DNA of 64,000 bases from Amphiscolops sp. MND2022 (lineage: Eukaryota), in contig OZ076409.1 in the NCBI GenBank assembly GCA_964187785.1, positions 26,910,001 through 26,974,000 on the forward strand, read 5' to 3'. The position numbers and the translations under genes are program-made. Positions 24,037 to 37,764 of the stretch are shown one piece after another. Below the pieces are notes generated by a model that saw only the letters and a list, made by a program, of their open reading frames with translations, did no database searches and had not been told where the DNA came from. Every line of letters starts with the position of its first letter. Position 1 is the stretch's first letter.

Positions 24037-27000
24037 AAACTGAAGTCATTCCTCGGTGCAATACAATACATGGAAAAATTGTTGCCAAATATATTGGAAC
24101 AGAAAGGCCGGTTGAGACAGTTACTCGAAAAGAATGAACCCTGCAAATGAGGACCGGAACAAGAAGTGGAATTGAACCGCATAAAACAAAAGCTATTCGA
24201 AGGCCCTTGTCTCGCTCATTACGTAAAATACATAATACAAGATAATATGGTGACGACTGATGCCAGCAAACTCGGAATGGGAATTACTTTATGGCAAAAA
24301 CAAGACAACAGAAAAATTAAGCCGACAGGATACGGAAGTAGATATTTGAACAATACCGAAAAAAGGTATTCAATCGGTGAATTGAAACTACTAGCAGTGG
24401 TGTGGGTTTTCGAAAAATTCCGATTATATTTACACGGAAAGAGAGTTTACTTGTATACCGACAATCAAGCATTAGAATCCCTGTTAAAAAGCAACCGGTG
24501 CAATAAACAATATAGTGCATGATTATATAGTGCAATTTTACTGATCACCTTAGCCGAAATCCGGTAGGGGGAGCAGTGCTGGAAGAAAAGGCGGCGAAGA
24601 ATTTGTAAATAACATATTATCCGAACAAGCCAAACTAAACTTGAAATACGGACAACCATTCCCCGACCAATCAAAAGACAGTAAACGAACAGCGGAATGG
24701 TACATCAGAGCAAAAAAGTGAGAACTAAAACGACCAATCACAATCGAAAAGAAAATTCGAGAACAAAAACAACGTGAACAAGATAGAACAAAGCGTAAGA
24801 AGTACATCCAAAATTAGCGCTTCAAATTCAAGTCGTCTACCGCAATTGAATCCAAAAGTCACACTGAAAAAGAGAAATTGTCCAAATTAAACTCGAAAAA
24901 TACCGAAATGGACCAAGAAACTTTTTATCATCGGGGTGCGACACGGGAGATCATGGAGATAAAACGGAAGAGAAATAAAAGCCCGGAAATAAGAACACTC
25001 GTAGAGCAAAAGAATGCGTTATCAAGATCAGGAACCTTATGAAGACGATACGAACTTTCTCCCAAAGGACGATATCCGCACCTTCACGCCCAAATAAACA
25101 CAGCCGAGAGGAAATAGCAGAGATAGTCGCCGAACTGCTGCAAAACGCAAATCGACCGGGGGCGGCTACCAACAGTAAAAAATGAAATAGAGGAGACCGA
25201 AAATCCGGAAGAAGGAGAAATTGAACCCGAGCAAGTGGAAACGGATGGAGACAGCGTAATCCTACGAGGAGACAACTTGCCGATAGTGGACTGGAGCAAA
25301 TTCAACACGGAGGGCGGGGAAGCCCACTACTTTCAAATCAACCATATCGTGGGGAAGTTATCTGGTAACAAAAGAATAACCGAAGAGACAATTAAAAAGC
25401 TGAGTTTGAATTTATGCTGGACCTGGAGAGCCTGATATCATGAACGGCATTTGACCGCGAACTAACGCGAGTGAGAGCAATCATGAGACGGGAAGACAGA
25501 GAGACAACACTCGACGGATACAGGCCGGTATTCGAGAAACTCTCGACAAGATGGTGACTCGTATTCATGGACGACCAGATTGTAGTTCCGGTGTATCTCC
25601 GAAGAAGGCTACTAGACATCCTACATTTCAGTCATGCCGGGACCACGAAGATGTTGGCCGATGCAAAGGTTTTCTGGTGGCCGGAAATCAACCGAGACAT
25701 AGAAAACAAAGTCAAGGATTGCACCGCTTGCTTTGCATCAGGTAAAAGTTTGAAATACCAATTACCGAGTAACCATTACGGAAAGTTGAAAAAACTTACT
25801 GAACCGGGCCAAAAACTACAAATCGTTTTTAACTGGAAAATTACACAACAAAAAGATAAACGGCGATATACAAAAAATGATAGCGGTAGATCGATTCAGT
25901 AAATGGCAAACTGTGAAAACGTGTAAAACCGCAGAAACAAAAGAAGTCATAATTTTTTCAACGAATAATTTCAATTTATACGGAATATACGAAAAAATGA
26001 AATCCGAAAAAGGAGGAGCCTTTATATTGAAAGAATACAACGAATTTTGCAAACAGCGAAACATAGAAATCGAATACTGCACACCCCCGTTACATAGGGA
26101 AAACGGAACGGTACAAACTTTAAAAAATCTAATGCTAACAAATCTAGAAGAAATGAACGATTCAACGGAAAGTTTAAGCTGATTCCTTCTGGTGATGTGT
26201 TTCACTAAACATCCAGACTTGAAAAGAACGCCATTTGAGCTACACGACGGTAGAAATCTGAGGACCAATTCAACTAAAATATTTAAGGACGGAAAATCAC
26301 ACCTATTGGATTTGTCAGAAATATCTATGTCTGCACCTAACAAACCGAAAATCCCAATCTATGTGGGCCGTGATACGGTTAGGGAAAAACCAACCATATG
26401 GTCATGGCCAAAACAGAGACGGAGAAGCAAGCGAACGAAGGCCAAAAGTCTCCGAAGAAGAAAGTTTCGTTTAAATATCCTTTTAAATTTGTACAGAAGA
26501 ATCACAACAAAAAATCCCTAGAAGGAAAGATTTTAAAAAAATACAAACCGGTTTTGACGGAACCGAAAATTCCGTGAAAACGGGCACGGGAAAAATAATA
26601 CACCGGAAATTCATATGTTTCAGACCAAGAAAAGCAGCCGGAAGGAAACGGCAATAACAAGCGTTGAAATAACACCGAAAAACAGACATTGCCTGAGAGA
26701 GCTGAACGGGAAATACTGTCGACGGGATGAGACATCCTAAACGGCAAACTAAAGTTTGTGCAAAACAGAAAAAGAGCTGAATCAGATACCGAAAACGATG
26801 ACCATGATGCCAAAGGAGAAATGACGGAAAATACCGGAGACCGAGAACACGACACCTCAGAATGGGACGGCCGCTATGAGCCAATACGGACCAGCCCGGA
26901 GGAGGACTTAATCTAAATCTACATTAATGGCGAAATCTCACAGGGGGAGAAAATTGAAAATACAATACGGCGATCTAGCCGGATTATAAAAAAACCGAGT

Positions 27001-27205
27001 AGATACCGCAGTGTACCTTATGCTGGAAGTTTTCGAGGATACCAAAATCATAAAAGTTTGTTATGTTACAGGTTCAAACTGGAATGTAAGAAAGGAAAAG
27101 CCACAACCGCAAACCACTCACAAACCAGCTGACTTCTTGCCCAGAGAGATAACCCCTCCTGGAATATCCACCTTCATGTAAAGAAGAAGGCCGATAGAGG
27201 GGGAA

Positions 27206-27391
27206 TGTAATACGGTTGATTCCGAATGAACATTACCGAGTTTCGGTGCAGACTTAGCAAGTTGTTCACCAACAAACTTAAATTAAAAAGACATTTGTAC
27301 TACCATTATGTTTTGTATAGAGTTACACTATAGTTTGATATAAACTTAGTACAAATCGGACGTACAAAATTTAGTACTGTCGGATACAACA
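27206..27391 (+). repeat. Short 3' LTR of the Gypsy array, preceded by a PPT
   Basis: AGAGGGGGAA|TGTAATA...GATACAACA. The ending resembles the 5' LTR end ATACAACA at 59846. Confidence 0.65.
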
Positions 27392-27739
27392 GATTCTACT
27401 GATCTCAATGATTCATCAATAGTTGTGCAAATGTTGTTATCATTGGTTTCTTCTCATTATAGTTTTTTGGGGAAAATTACGGAGACAAAATTTTGAGTTA
27501 TTATGGAATATCTATTGTCATTAATTTTTTAAAAAATTTTAACCGATTATAAATACTTAAATAGTTCAGGACTGAAAATAACCCGTTGCTCAGAGAGCGT
27601 CTTGATGAGTCGATTGAATGCAATTAGCTTTGACTCAATTTTGGTGTCAAAATCAAAGTTGTTCTCAAAATTTTATTTCAATAATTGAATAGGTGAATAA
27701 TGGAAATGGTATCTTCTTGTGAACGTTGTTAATTTCAAT

Positions 27740-27834
27740 CCATACGACAAAATTTTGGACTACGAAATTGCTGGATTTGCTAATACGACAAAAATTCTGA
27801 CGATGAAATTTCCGGCAACGAAATTTCCGCATCC
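27740..27834. mobile_element. Orphan right arm of a repeat-armed MITE (ACGA(C)AAATT motifs)
   Basis: Five related motifs ending in CCGCATCC, similar to the CTGCATCC end of the 2820-3721 MITE. No TSD established. Confidence 0.4.
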
Positions 27835-30800
27835 TAGTCAAGGTGGTAGTTTGCTTATTTCGTCAAATTAGATTTGAGATTCGTTTCTAATCGTCTCAAA
27901 GCTTGCTCGGTTGTACGAACTGCTACCCATTCTTTTAAAAATGAACTTGCTTTGGCGCCAACTACGATTTTTCACTTAAGCTGCGGTATTTTGATTAGAA
28001 TACTAAAGTCCTACTTTTTCGCTAGACTATATCGGCAAAAGCTTGAAAACTTTGAAAGCTTGAAACATGGAACAGCTTTGAATGGAAACGTGTCAACTTC
28101 AATTTTCATCAATCTTACTCAATCGGTTTACACAAAACTACAAACAAATCTAGAATTTCAACTGAATTGGAAAGCGAACAACGATAGTTCGCACAGGAAA
28201 ATGTTTGAGCAAATGACACGAGACTCTAGAATGAGAAGCCTTTTAGACTCACTTAAATGTTTTCCTGTTGGAATTTCAACTCTTTGTCAGCTGTTGCGGA
28301 AAATTGAACTTAATTAACAGCAATAGTTTCAAAATTTCAAAAAACTTGAACTCCAGAAAGACTGGTTTTGTAAAATCAGGCGTTATTGTCTGCCAATTTT
28401 TCAAAAGGGAAAAGAAAACTACTTAAATGTGCTGGGTTTTTCCGAAGTTTGCCATGTTCCAAATTTATACCCAAATAGTACAGAAAATAGTCCACAGACT
28501 AATTTTTATTCTTCTTTGGAAATTACTGAATAGTCAAAATTCGAAAAATTTCACATCTTCTATGCAAAAAGTCTAAAACTTTTCAATTTAGACGTTTCTT
28601 TGCAATTTTTGTGAATTTGTTTGATAATTTCGTAGGAAAAAACCAGGCGTTTAATGACGATGTTACCCACCAATCAGTGTGCGTTTCTCTAAGAGAAATT
28701 GAATGTTTTAATTCCTTGAAGTGTCTCAAAATGACAGTACAAAAGCAAAAAAATTGTTCGTTTTTTGTTAGCGTTTTGAGTTTTCGGGAGACAACTAAAG
28801 ATCAACGACGAAAGTGCAAGCTATCCAGGATGATTCTTTGAAGAGAAAGGAAACTATTCGTTAGAAAAATGCCTGAAAATCATCGCGAAGAAAATCAAAA
28901 ATTCTGGAGTACCTAATTTCCTGACAAACTATTCGCACTTTGTAATTTTTAAATGTTTTTGTAAAATAGAATTTTCACCGAGCTTAACTTTGAAAAAGTT
29001 AGTTTTGAATCCAGTGCGATATTTAGAGAAGAAATCTGAAGTGTATTGTTGGAAACGTTCCCCAAAAGACCAAAAACTCCAAACATTCCCAACTTTCAAC
29101 AAAATTTGTAATTTTGGAAAACGTCATTTTGGTGCAACATCTTGGGAGCTCAATGTTGAATCATCCAATTCTCAGAAAATAATTCTCAGAGTTAAGGGTT
29201 CTTTAATGTAAAATTTCTAGAGTTTGATTTTTCAAATCGACTGTGTTGAGCAAATTTCGTTCAAATTTTAAACATTCGGTTAGGTATAAAAAATCGAAGA
29301 GTTTAAGATATTTTTCCCAAGTAGCAAACGTTTCAGCAAATGTATTTGCGTTTTCAAGGCGTTGTGGGAGAGGAAGCACGACTTTTACAGTGGATAGTGT
29401 TTTTTCTTGGGTGGCTATGATCCGTCCACTTTTACGAAGAACAGATGGACCAATTATACGGAAAGATTTTTCAAAGGTTTTCTGAGACGAAAACACTTTT
29501 CGGAGTCCAATAGGTGGCACCATTGTTTATTATTTGGTCTCGTGGAACGGACGAGAGGTTCCCCAATAATGGTGGGAATGACATATGGCAATTTTCGGCA
29601 CTGTATGACTCCCTTTTCGGTACTATGAGATTTTTTCCCGAACAAAACTTTAGAAAATTTTCTTGTCAAAAAATGGTTCGTTACCAGTTAGGGAGAAAGT
29701 GCTTAATATCCCCAGGGTATTTTTGGCACTGATAAATTGATAAAATGGTAACAATGGTGTCCTTTTGCATACTCAAAAAACAAAGTTTTTTGAAACTTTG
29801 AGTCGGGCGCCGTCTTTGGCCCTTTTCGACTTGTTGATATTCAAATGTAACAAATTATCCAAAAAGTGCATAAACTGAGAAAGGGATTTTTTTCCTGATT
29901 CGTGCATTTCTTGAAAAATTTTATCTAGGTTTTGTAGATAAAATTGTCCACAGAGCATTAGAACAAAATATATGACAGGTGAGAAATCTTTTTGCGGAGG
30001 AATGCATGAAAAGTACTAAAGAAGGACAAAGCTTTCACTTTAAGAGTGTATTATCCAAATTTTCTGCGAAATTAGGATTTTTTGGTGATAGAAATTAGCA
30101 AAATTTGGTGAAGTGGTTGAAGCATTAGGTCTGTTTTGTGTGGTAGCAGGTGCGAGCCTATCTCAACCTAGAGTTTTAATTTTCGAGCAAAGTTTTCTTC
30201 CATGCTAGATTTGGAGAAAAAAATGAAAACAACAACGAGCAGTTACTTTTGTAACCTAGAGCAAGTCACTTCAAAATTACAGCTTTTAACCGACCATTAG
30301 TTGACCACATGGCTGCAACTAGGGTATTGTGGCTTGCTATGGGGAGATGGCATCTGGATTGGTACCGATTGCGAAAATCAACAATATGGAAAACCCGCAA
30401 GGGAGGAATCGAAATGGGGTTAATTTTTTTCTTAAATTCCTTTTGAATACTGCAGGTTTTACATTTTTTGAACTAAAAATCAAATGACACTCAAACATTA
30501 TCGATCATCCGCAGAAAACACCAATTTCAGTTCAACTAAATAACCAAATTGATGACAATTTTCTTTTTATCGAATTTTTTTCACGCTTGAGTTCAAATAA
30601 CCTATTGATATGACGATGATGTGTTGTTGATTTGCAAACTAAGGTATCCAAGAGTCATGAATTAACACTACACGTTTTGAGCGGAAAATTCCTTACGAGT
30701 ATCATTCAAGATACTGGCGGTTGTGCTTCAGATTTGTTCCATCTGCTAAATGATAGCAGTGAAAAAGTATCTGCAGTGTTCTTGGAATTTTCATCAATAA

Positions 30801-31544
30801 CATGTAGTCCCTCGAGTTTGTGTAATGACCTGAAGGATGGCAACGTAGGTGTCATAATTGATGGTCGAGCGGAAAGGCTTATTCATTTTCATTGAATGAT
30901 GAACAATTTATGATTTGTAGATGATCATCTTTAATTAAATAATTTTCTCAAAGATGCGTTCTGCTGGGAGTTCTCTCTACCAAGTTCAGTTAGAAATTGA
31001 GATAATTTAATAATGTTTTGCTGAGATTTATAAAGTTTGGTAGAGTTATGAGACAAGCGGTAGAGGCTATAAATTTACAAGTTGAGCCAGTCTATCAGAG
31101 TACGAACTATTGACTCAAGTCCGGTCTCGGTTGATTATCAGCGAATTTTCTCTCCAGGTGTTCTCTGTTCCAGTTACATCTCTTCTTCTGACTGGTTGAT
31201 CTTCTAATTGGGCCACATCATCTTTCGGCATGCCTTCGTTAGAAATTTTGTTATACAGTAGTGATTCTAGAAGAAGCAACATAGCACGCGGAAAGAAAGC
31301 AAATAAAGAAATATCATTGGCTAATCAAGGTCTCACGCGCTCATTTCATTGGTCGAGAGCGATTTCCAAAACATCATTTTTTTAGTTTTTTGAATTTTTG
31401 ACCCACTTACAATTTTTTGATTTCAAAATAATTTCGAGAGAAAAATTCTCCCAAACACTTCGAATCTGACAATATAATTTATTCTCGAAAGTATTCTAAA
31501 TTGCATAAGTATGAGCTTCTTTCAAGTTAATAAACATCAAAATC

Positions 31545-32010
31545 GGTGCACAGACAAAAGGGCCACAGACAAAAAGGCTTCCAGACAAAAGGGTCAAAAA
31601 ACACAGACAAAAGGGCCACAGACAAAAAGGCCAAAAAAGCAGACAAAAGGTCCAAAAACCAAAGTTATATTTTAATTGATTTTTCAAGGAAAAACTGTTT
31701 TTTCAATGTAATGAAACGGATCTGGAACTTGATTTATTTGAAGACGTTAGTATATTTGTTGTATGGCTCGGTCGCTTCGCTCCCTTCGCCAAGTAGCAAC
31801 ATTGAGGCATGGTCATATGGCGTCGCTCCGCTTCGCTTCGCTCCTGCATTTAGGGCACTAGGGGTATGTGAACATAGCTGACTACGTTATAATAATTGAG
31901 CTCTCAATTAAAATTTTTTGGCCCTTTTGTCTTTTTTGGCCTTTTTGTCTGTGTTTTTGGCCTTTTTGTCTGTAAGCCCTTTTGTCTGGAAGCATTTTTG
32001 TCTGGACACG
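31545..32010. mobile_element. Mutator-like MITE with GACAAAA(A)GG arms and core A
   Basis: 9-bp TSD ATCAAAATC at 31536-31544 and 32011-32019. Inverted arrays CAGACAAAAGG / CCTTTTTGTCTG. Core at 31753-31892 is homologous to 3383-3525. Confidence 0.88.
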
Positions 32011-32600
32011 ATCAAAATCATATCTTAATACAAGTATTTCCGAAAAACTCTAACTTTACAGCGCATTTTTTTTACGATTTTAAGGTGATTTCTAAATCAA
32101 AATATATCAGGGGCTTGTTAAATCAAGGGGGTCAATTGAACAAAAAATATTTCGAAAATTTTGAGCAAAAGTAGACCAAAAGTGAGAAAAACCTGAATTT
32201 TGACCTAAGTTTGGTTATAAAATGGCCTATCGTAACTTCTACAGTTTTCATCGCATAATCTTCAAATAAACATATTTGTAAACTAGATAAAAATCTAAGA
32301 AACTTTCACTTTTATCATTTTTCAAAAATCGCTGCTGTTTTAGAGATATTCGATTTTGAGATTTGCCTTTTGTTGCTTTTAGAAATATCACTACTGTAGA
32401 TCATGATGACTATCATGACAGTAGGATTAAGGAAATTTAAGTAATGGCAGTTCGAAATTGTTGGCGTTCCATTTTGCAACAAAAAGATATATTTGTTTGT
32501 TGCTTTTGTGATATCTCATGAATTTTATTCTAGAACCATGCCGCTCATAATTGTAGGCTCAACGACTCCAGATTAAGGGGACTAAGGAGGAAGTCAAAAC

Positions 32601-32825
32601 CTAATCAGCAAACTTGTTGTACCAAGTTGCTGTGAAGAAACCTCCAAAATTCATATCGACGTGTGTGTACCTGTAAAATAGTTGAAATGTAAAAAACAAA
32701 CGGCCAGTTATATTAACAGGAAAAGCATCACCTCGAGCTACACCGATAACCTCTGAATTGGACTCCAGAACCTTTCACTGGCCTGCGCCGACTTTAAAGA
32801 ACCCCAAAGTTGCAGAGGTAGATTT
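32601..32825 (-). CDS. Possible last two exons (32825-32751, 32670-32601) of an unidentified gene
   Basis: A phase-compatible GT-AG 80-nt intron with a good TTTTACAG acceptor gives NLPLQLWGSLKSAQASERFWSPIQR/YTHVDMNFGGFFTATWYNKFAD*. Upstream exons were not found. Confidence 0.25.
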
Positions 32826-33643
32826 CTAATTCTTGAGAAATTAAAAAACTCATGTGAAGTTATAAACAAATTCGGCGAGTTTTCATTGATGAAAACAAAA
32901 AAAGATAAGGTAGTCCACGTTTCTGCTAGCTTTTTTCGTCAAGAAAGGTTGTCCCCAAGGTCAAGAAAATTATGTCACATGAAACGAAGTTTTGACAATT
33001 TTCACGAGTATAAAGTTTCCTATCTCAAATCTGACAAAAAGAAGTATTCAGTGATTTCATGCATGCGAAGAAAAGCATCTTCGTTACCATTCACTCAGCA
33101 GCTTGGCTTGAAAAGCACGTTGAACTATAAGTTTTGAGTGCTTTGAAAAAAATGAAAAATCACGGCATTTGGACCATATATCAATCAACTAGTTCTCAGC
33201 CCTTAAGAAGATATTATTATTAGTAATTTCGCTCCGGGGATATGTCCCTAAAGTGTCCAAGATATTAAAAATATCGCAGTCACATCGCCTTTTGTAACTA
33301 GTAGTTCGAATGATGCTGAATTACGCTGGAGATTTCAGATTGTCAGTCGAGTGTATCGAAAAACGTACGAAAAAGGTGCATCATAAAGAAAGCTTTTAGT
33401 GAACACTGTGTCCTTGTTGGAAATATACCACGAAGCCAACTATAATTGCTTATGTCTGAAAAAAAGACGAGGCAACACAATTCGTATTTCTTCAACTCGT
33501 TCAAGAAATAAATATGAGATGTTCAATCATGGGAATGGTTTCAGTTTTACTGCATAATGATTTTGCGAACATGCAGATCTCACATGAGACATTCGAAGGA
33601 TTGAAAACAACAAACGAACAAAGAATGTTTCTGCGATGGTTTT

Positions 33644-36600
33644 CTACCATCCTCCTCTGTAGTAGCCTCGCTGTGCTCCGCCATAGGCACCACGGTTGTC
33701 GAAGTGGGGCGGGTATCCGTAGCCTCCGCCTCGTTGACCACCCCACATGGGGGGACCACCATAAGAGCCGCCTAAAACAATCATGTCCATCAACTTATCC
33801 AGTACCATCGAAAAATAAAATATGAAGGTTTGAAGAGATAAAACGATACAGCAAAGGACTAATTTGAAGTTTATATTTTTATATTCAAGAAATTCACTTT
33901 TAAACCATATGAATAATGTATTAGCGACAAAAAATATTGTGTAGTCATGGTAACAATGGCGAACTCGGATAAAAGGATCTCAGAGGGCGGTAAAAAACGA
34001 GAAGTTTTTATCAGTTGCCCTTGTTGAAACTGCTTGAACTTTTTACATGTACTTTAATGTTGCCAGCAACTTTTATAATGATTTCCTAAAACTCTTACGG
34101 AAACTTTCATGCGAAAATATTTATTTGTTGTATTTAACTTTTAGCAAGCTGCTTGAAAGATTCATCAAAGTTTTGGCACCAATTTTAAACCTTGAAGTTT
34201 TGCAGGTTTCAATAAGCAATGTTAAAAAAGCAAATAAGTTATACCTCTAATTTAATGCAAAATAACTCCAGTCGAATAATAAACTGCAAATTAGCGTCAT
34301 GTTTAGCGCGCCATCGGAGAAGCGGTGATCACATCAGATAAGTTGAGAAAACAAAGTGTGAATGTAAAGTGATTGTGTCGGTAATGATTGGAATTTATTT
34401 CAAATTTAATTACAGGAGTGGAAAATGCAGTAGTGTAATTGTACATGATTTACCAAACGAAGTTAACTGAATTTTCTAGGTTTTATAACAAATTACCCTG
34501 CATGCAGGCCTGCAGCATGTAAAAAATTCCTGCAGTTTTAACTAGGGTGTCCTATTAAAATGGAAAGTTTGTCTTGCAAAAAGCGGAGGAATGAAAACGT
34601 TTCTGATATTCAAATGTTTCTTTTATTCGAGTTCGATCGACTGATCAATGACACTTGAGCTTTGAAATCTTCACATTATGAATCTCGGATCTTCTAGAGT
34701 AATCCAAAGCTAGACAAAAAGCTTTATCAGGTTCAACTAGTTAATTTGAGTAATCACTCAAGAGATGATTCAGAGATACAGCAAGACAAACTTCATGAGA
34801 AGCCAAGGATTAAAACTTGCATGAAAAGTATACGATAAGATTTTAAAATTTTGCAGCGTTGCCAAAAGGCGATGGTTCATACAACTTCACACCAAAGAGA
34901 AAACAGAATAATGGAGCAGCAACTTCTCCAGTGAATACTAACCTCTGTTTCCTCCATATCCGCCACCACCGGCATTTCGGTTTTGCCAGTTTCCGCCGCC
35001 ACCTCTGTTTCCAGATTGACCTCCTCGTGGGGCGCCACTGTTGGGCCGCGAGTTTTTGTTCTGCTCGTAATTGTGCTGGAAGCTGTAGTTGCGGTTACTG
35101 CCCTTCTCGAAGCCGATGAGCATACCATTGATGACCTTACTGGAGTACTTGCCCAAAAACTTGTCGGCATCTTCCCAGGTCTTGACGAAAAAATACGCGA
35201 ACTTGCCACCAGAAGCAGTGTTGGATCGGGTCACTTCAATGGACTCTTCTTGGAAAGCCTATCAACAAAACGTACTCATCAAGTGAATAAAATTTAGTAA
35301 CTCAGGCAAATGACTAGCAAATAAACAAGCACTCGAAAAATACAGTAGCACCCTTCTATTACTGACTACGAAATACTTGAACAAAATTTATTCATTCTTC
35401 TGCAAAACGTCACTTTTGATTCGAACAGTTGAAAGTCACGAACAATGCAGACTAAAGGTGGAGCAAAAATCGAGAAAATCATTCCACAAGTGCTTTTAAG
35501 TAGTTCAAAAATAACCTTGGCGAGAATCTTCAAATTTTTCGTGTTGAAAACATCCTTGTTTGATTTCATGGCTGCGAAAACAAATGGTTCAGAGGTATTA
35601 TCCTCGCTAGCAGTGCTTTCGTTCGGATCTCCTTCGCCTCCAGAGGCCTGGGATTTAGAATCCTCATCGACTACTTCCGCAACGATGTCCACATGTCCAA
35701 AATTTACACAATTGAACTTCTCAACGACCTGAAAAGACGAGAAATTGTACACCGGTACCAGGGGTTACCAATTAAAAATTGCAATTAATGGTCTCGAAAA
35801 TTAACGATTAATACAATAATTGGTAATTGGACATACCAATCAATAATTGGAGCCATTTTTGCAATAATTTACTGGTAATCCCTGCCCGGTTCCCAATCAT
35901 TATTGATACTGAGAAATAAAAAAACTAAAAAATTGATCACTGGCTTTCTGGAGGCCAATTAATGATTATTTATATATAAATATTCTAAAAAAGTCCCCTA
36001 TTTGCGGGTGGATATAGATAATGATTAAGTCCTTTAGTCGAAATAGGTCCCGTCATAGATGGCTAGGCTAAGAGCCTACGTCACTTTCAACTGTCTAGGA
36101 TTTCTGTCTCGCAAATAAAGGACTTAAGGGTAGCACAGTCAGATCTTTTATGTTGCTTGGGCGGGCTGGTTCATTGTTGGCACACCGCAAAAAATAATGC
36201 AAGCTATCACCTTCTTCCTTTCCACATGTGCATAGAGGAGAGGCAATTTTACTAAGGTCCCAGGCGTAATATGGTAGTTTCAAGGAGTTACCGATAAACA
36301 ATTCACACAGTTTGTTGGCACGATAGGGATTTCCATTCGTAAGGGGGCTGTAGACACCGTGGCCGGGGATCTCTTTAACAAATTGTTCCAGAGAGCATTC
36401 GTTGAATGTGCTTTTCCATGATGATTGAATAAAAGAATCAATTAATGATTGAATGTTTGAAAACAAAATTTCTTGAAAAAACCCATGATAAAAAATATGA
36501 ATACTTGTGCTATGTGATTTTTTCGTCCTCATACAAATATTTGAGAAAATTGCGAAAGTACAAGAATGAAATTACTTTTTTGAGATCTTCCTTGTGGAAA

Positions 36601-37358
36601 AGATTGATCTCCACTTCTTTTTTGACTGCCTTGCAGTTGTGAAAATCCACTTCCATTTGTTTGAGCTCTTCGGAGATTTCATCAGCGAACTCGTAATCGA
36701 AACATACATTGTCATTGGTTGATTTCACCCGAACTTGGTACTGTCCTGGTCTGGGGAGTTTGTCTTTCACGAATAGTTCCAAACCAGCCACCACTTTTTT
36801 GTTAAACTTTTTAATGAGCTTCTCGGCTTCTTTAGCTTTTGAGACGCGCACATAGAAGTTGTAGTTGTTGGTGGAAAAAGTATCAATGATATTAACTCCA
36901 GAAGATGCAAATTCATTCTTGATCTCTTGCACAACTTCATCGGGGAGCCTGAAATTCCTTCGTCGGGATGACACGAAAACTGAAAAGAGTTCTTCCACAA
37001 CAAGAGGCTCATCAACTTCAGCTTCCGCTTCTTTTTCAGTCTCCTCTTCAACAGTTTCCTCCGTTTGCTCTTCTCCGTTTTCAGCTGAAACAAAATTAAC
37101 ATTGAACACATACCAAACGAACCTGTCGAGCCATGAATCAAACAATCACTAACTTGATTCAACGCCGTTGGAATCACCATTTACTGTATCTTCCGTGGCT
37201 TCCTGTTCCTGGGAACCATTTTCTGTTTTCTTGACTTTGGCAGCCCGACCAGCTCCGCCCTTCTTTTTCCTTTTAACAGCATTAGTAGCATCAGCCTGCT
37301 CCACATTATCGTCAAACATAGTCATGTTGTCTCCTTCGAGTTGAGCGGGATTTTCCAT
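33644..37358 (-). CDS. RRM-like + RGG/GY-rich RNA-binding protein (nucleolin/hnRNP-like), 456 aa. Exons 37358-37154, 37084-36576, 35728-35516, 35258-34943, 33771-33644
   Basis: All four introns are GT-AG with matching phases; 1371 nt spliced with no internal stop. Basic KRKKK motif, acidic tract, divergent RRM-like blocks (YNFYVRV..EAEKLIKKFNKKVVAGLELFVK; KFAYFFVKTWEDADKFLGKYSSKVINGMLIGFE) and a C-terminal RGG/GYG tail. Confidence 0.82.
35759..35884. mobile_element. hAT-like MITE inside an intron
   Basis: 12-bp TIR CAGGGGTTACCA / TGGTAATCCCTG (1 mismatch). Degenerate 8-bp TSD ACCGGTAC / CCCGGTTC. Internal CAATTA repeats. Confidence 0.7.
36040..36440 (-). mobile_element. 3' fragment of a LINE ORF2 (C-terminal CCHC) inside an intron
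   Basis: FIQSSW...SPLCTCGKEEGDSLHYFLRC, a typical non-LTR C-terminal zinc knuckle. Confidence 0.65.
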
Positions 37359-37764
37359 GTCTCACTGAAATATAAAGTGTTCGGCGGTTACAAGAAGCTT
37401 ATCAGGAAAAAGAACGAGCATTTTGCTCTCTCAGAAGACAGTAAGTTTAAAGGATTTACGGCTATTACCCAATACCTTCTGGTTCTCGTTAAAGTTTTCA
37501 TTCAGAAAACTTCAGTTCAAAAACGTCTTCATAGGCACGCTCTCTCCACGCTTCATATTTGCAGCCGTTCTCGTCAGTTTTTGTCCCCAGGACGCTTGGG
37601 TTAACATTACAAGAAGTTGCAAACAAAGTTCAAAACGGGCGCCGAGAATGGCAGATGGTGGTCAATGATTCCAAATAGAAGTTAATTTACTTTGGTGTGG
37701 TATATACATTTAATACAATATAGTATATATACAGGTAACAGATTTTTCTATTGGTGAATAGAAT

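Larger units (their letters stand above)
14898..27391 (+). mobile_element. Array of rearranged, decayed copies of one Ty3/Gypsy family (gag CCHC, protease, RT, RNase H repeated; integrase, PPT and 3' LTR only in the last copy)
   Basis: CNKCGKKGHYA knuckle, FIIDTGFP protease, KIDLDYAYGQ / AWYDDIIV RT, VTTDASK...ELKLLAVVW RNase H, HFSHAG...CTAC and AVDRFSKW integrase at about 25560-26300. Many stops and frameshifts. Confidence 0.9.

Noticed and set aside
27840..31500. ORFs of 60-147 aa and a possible Helitron/DINE-like end near 29800-29835
   Set aside because: No domain motifs, the hairpin is weak, and there is no second copy in the window to define boundaries.
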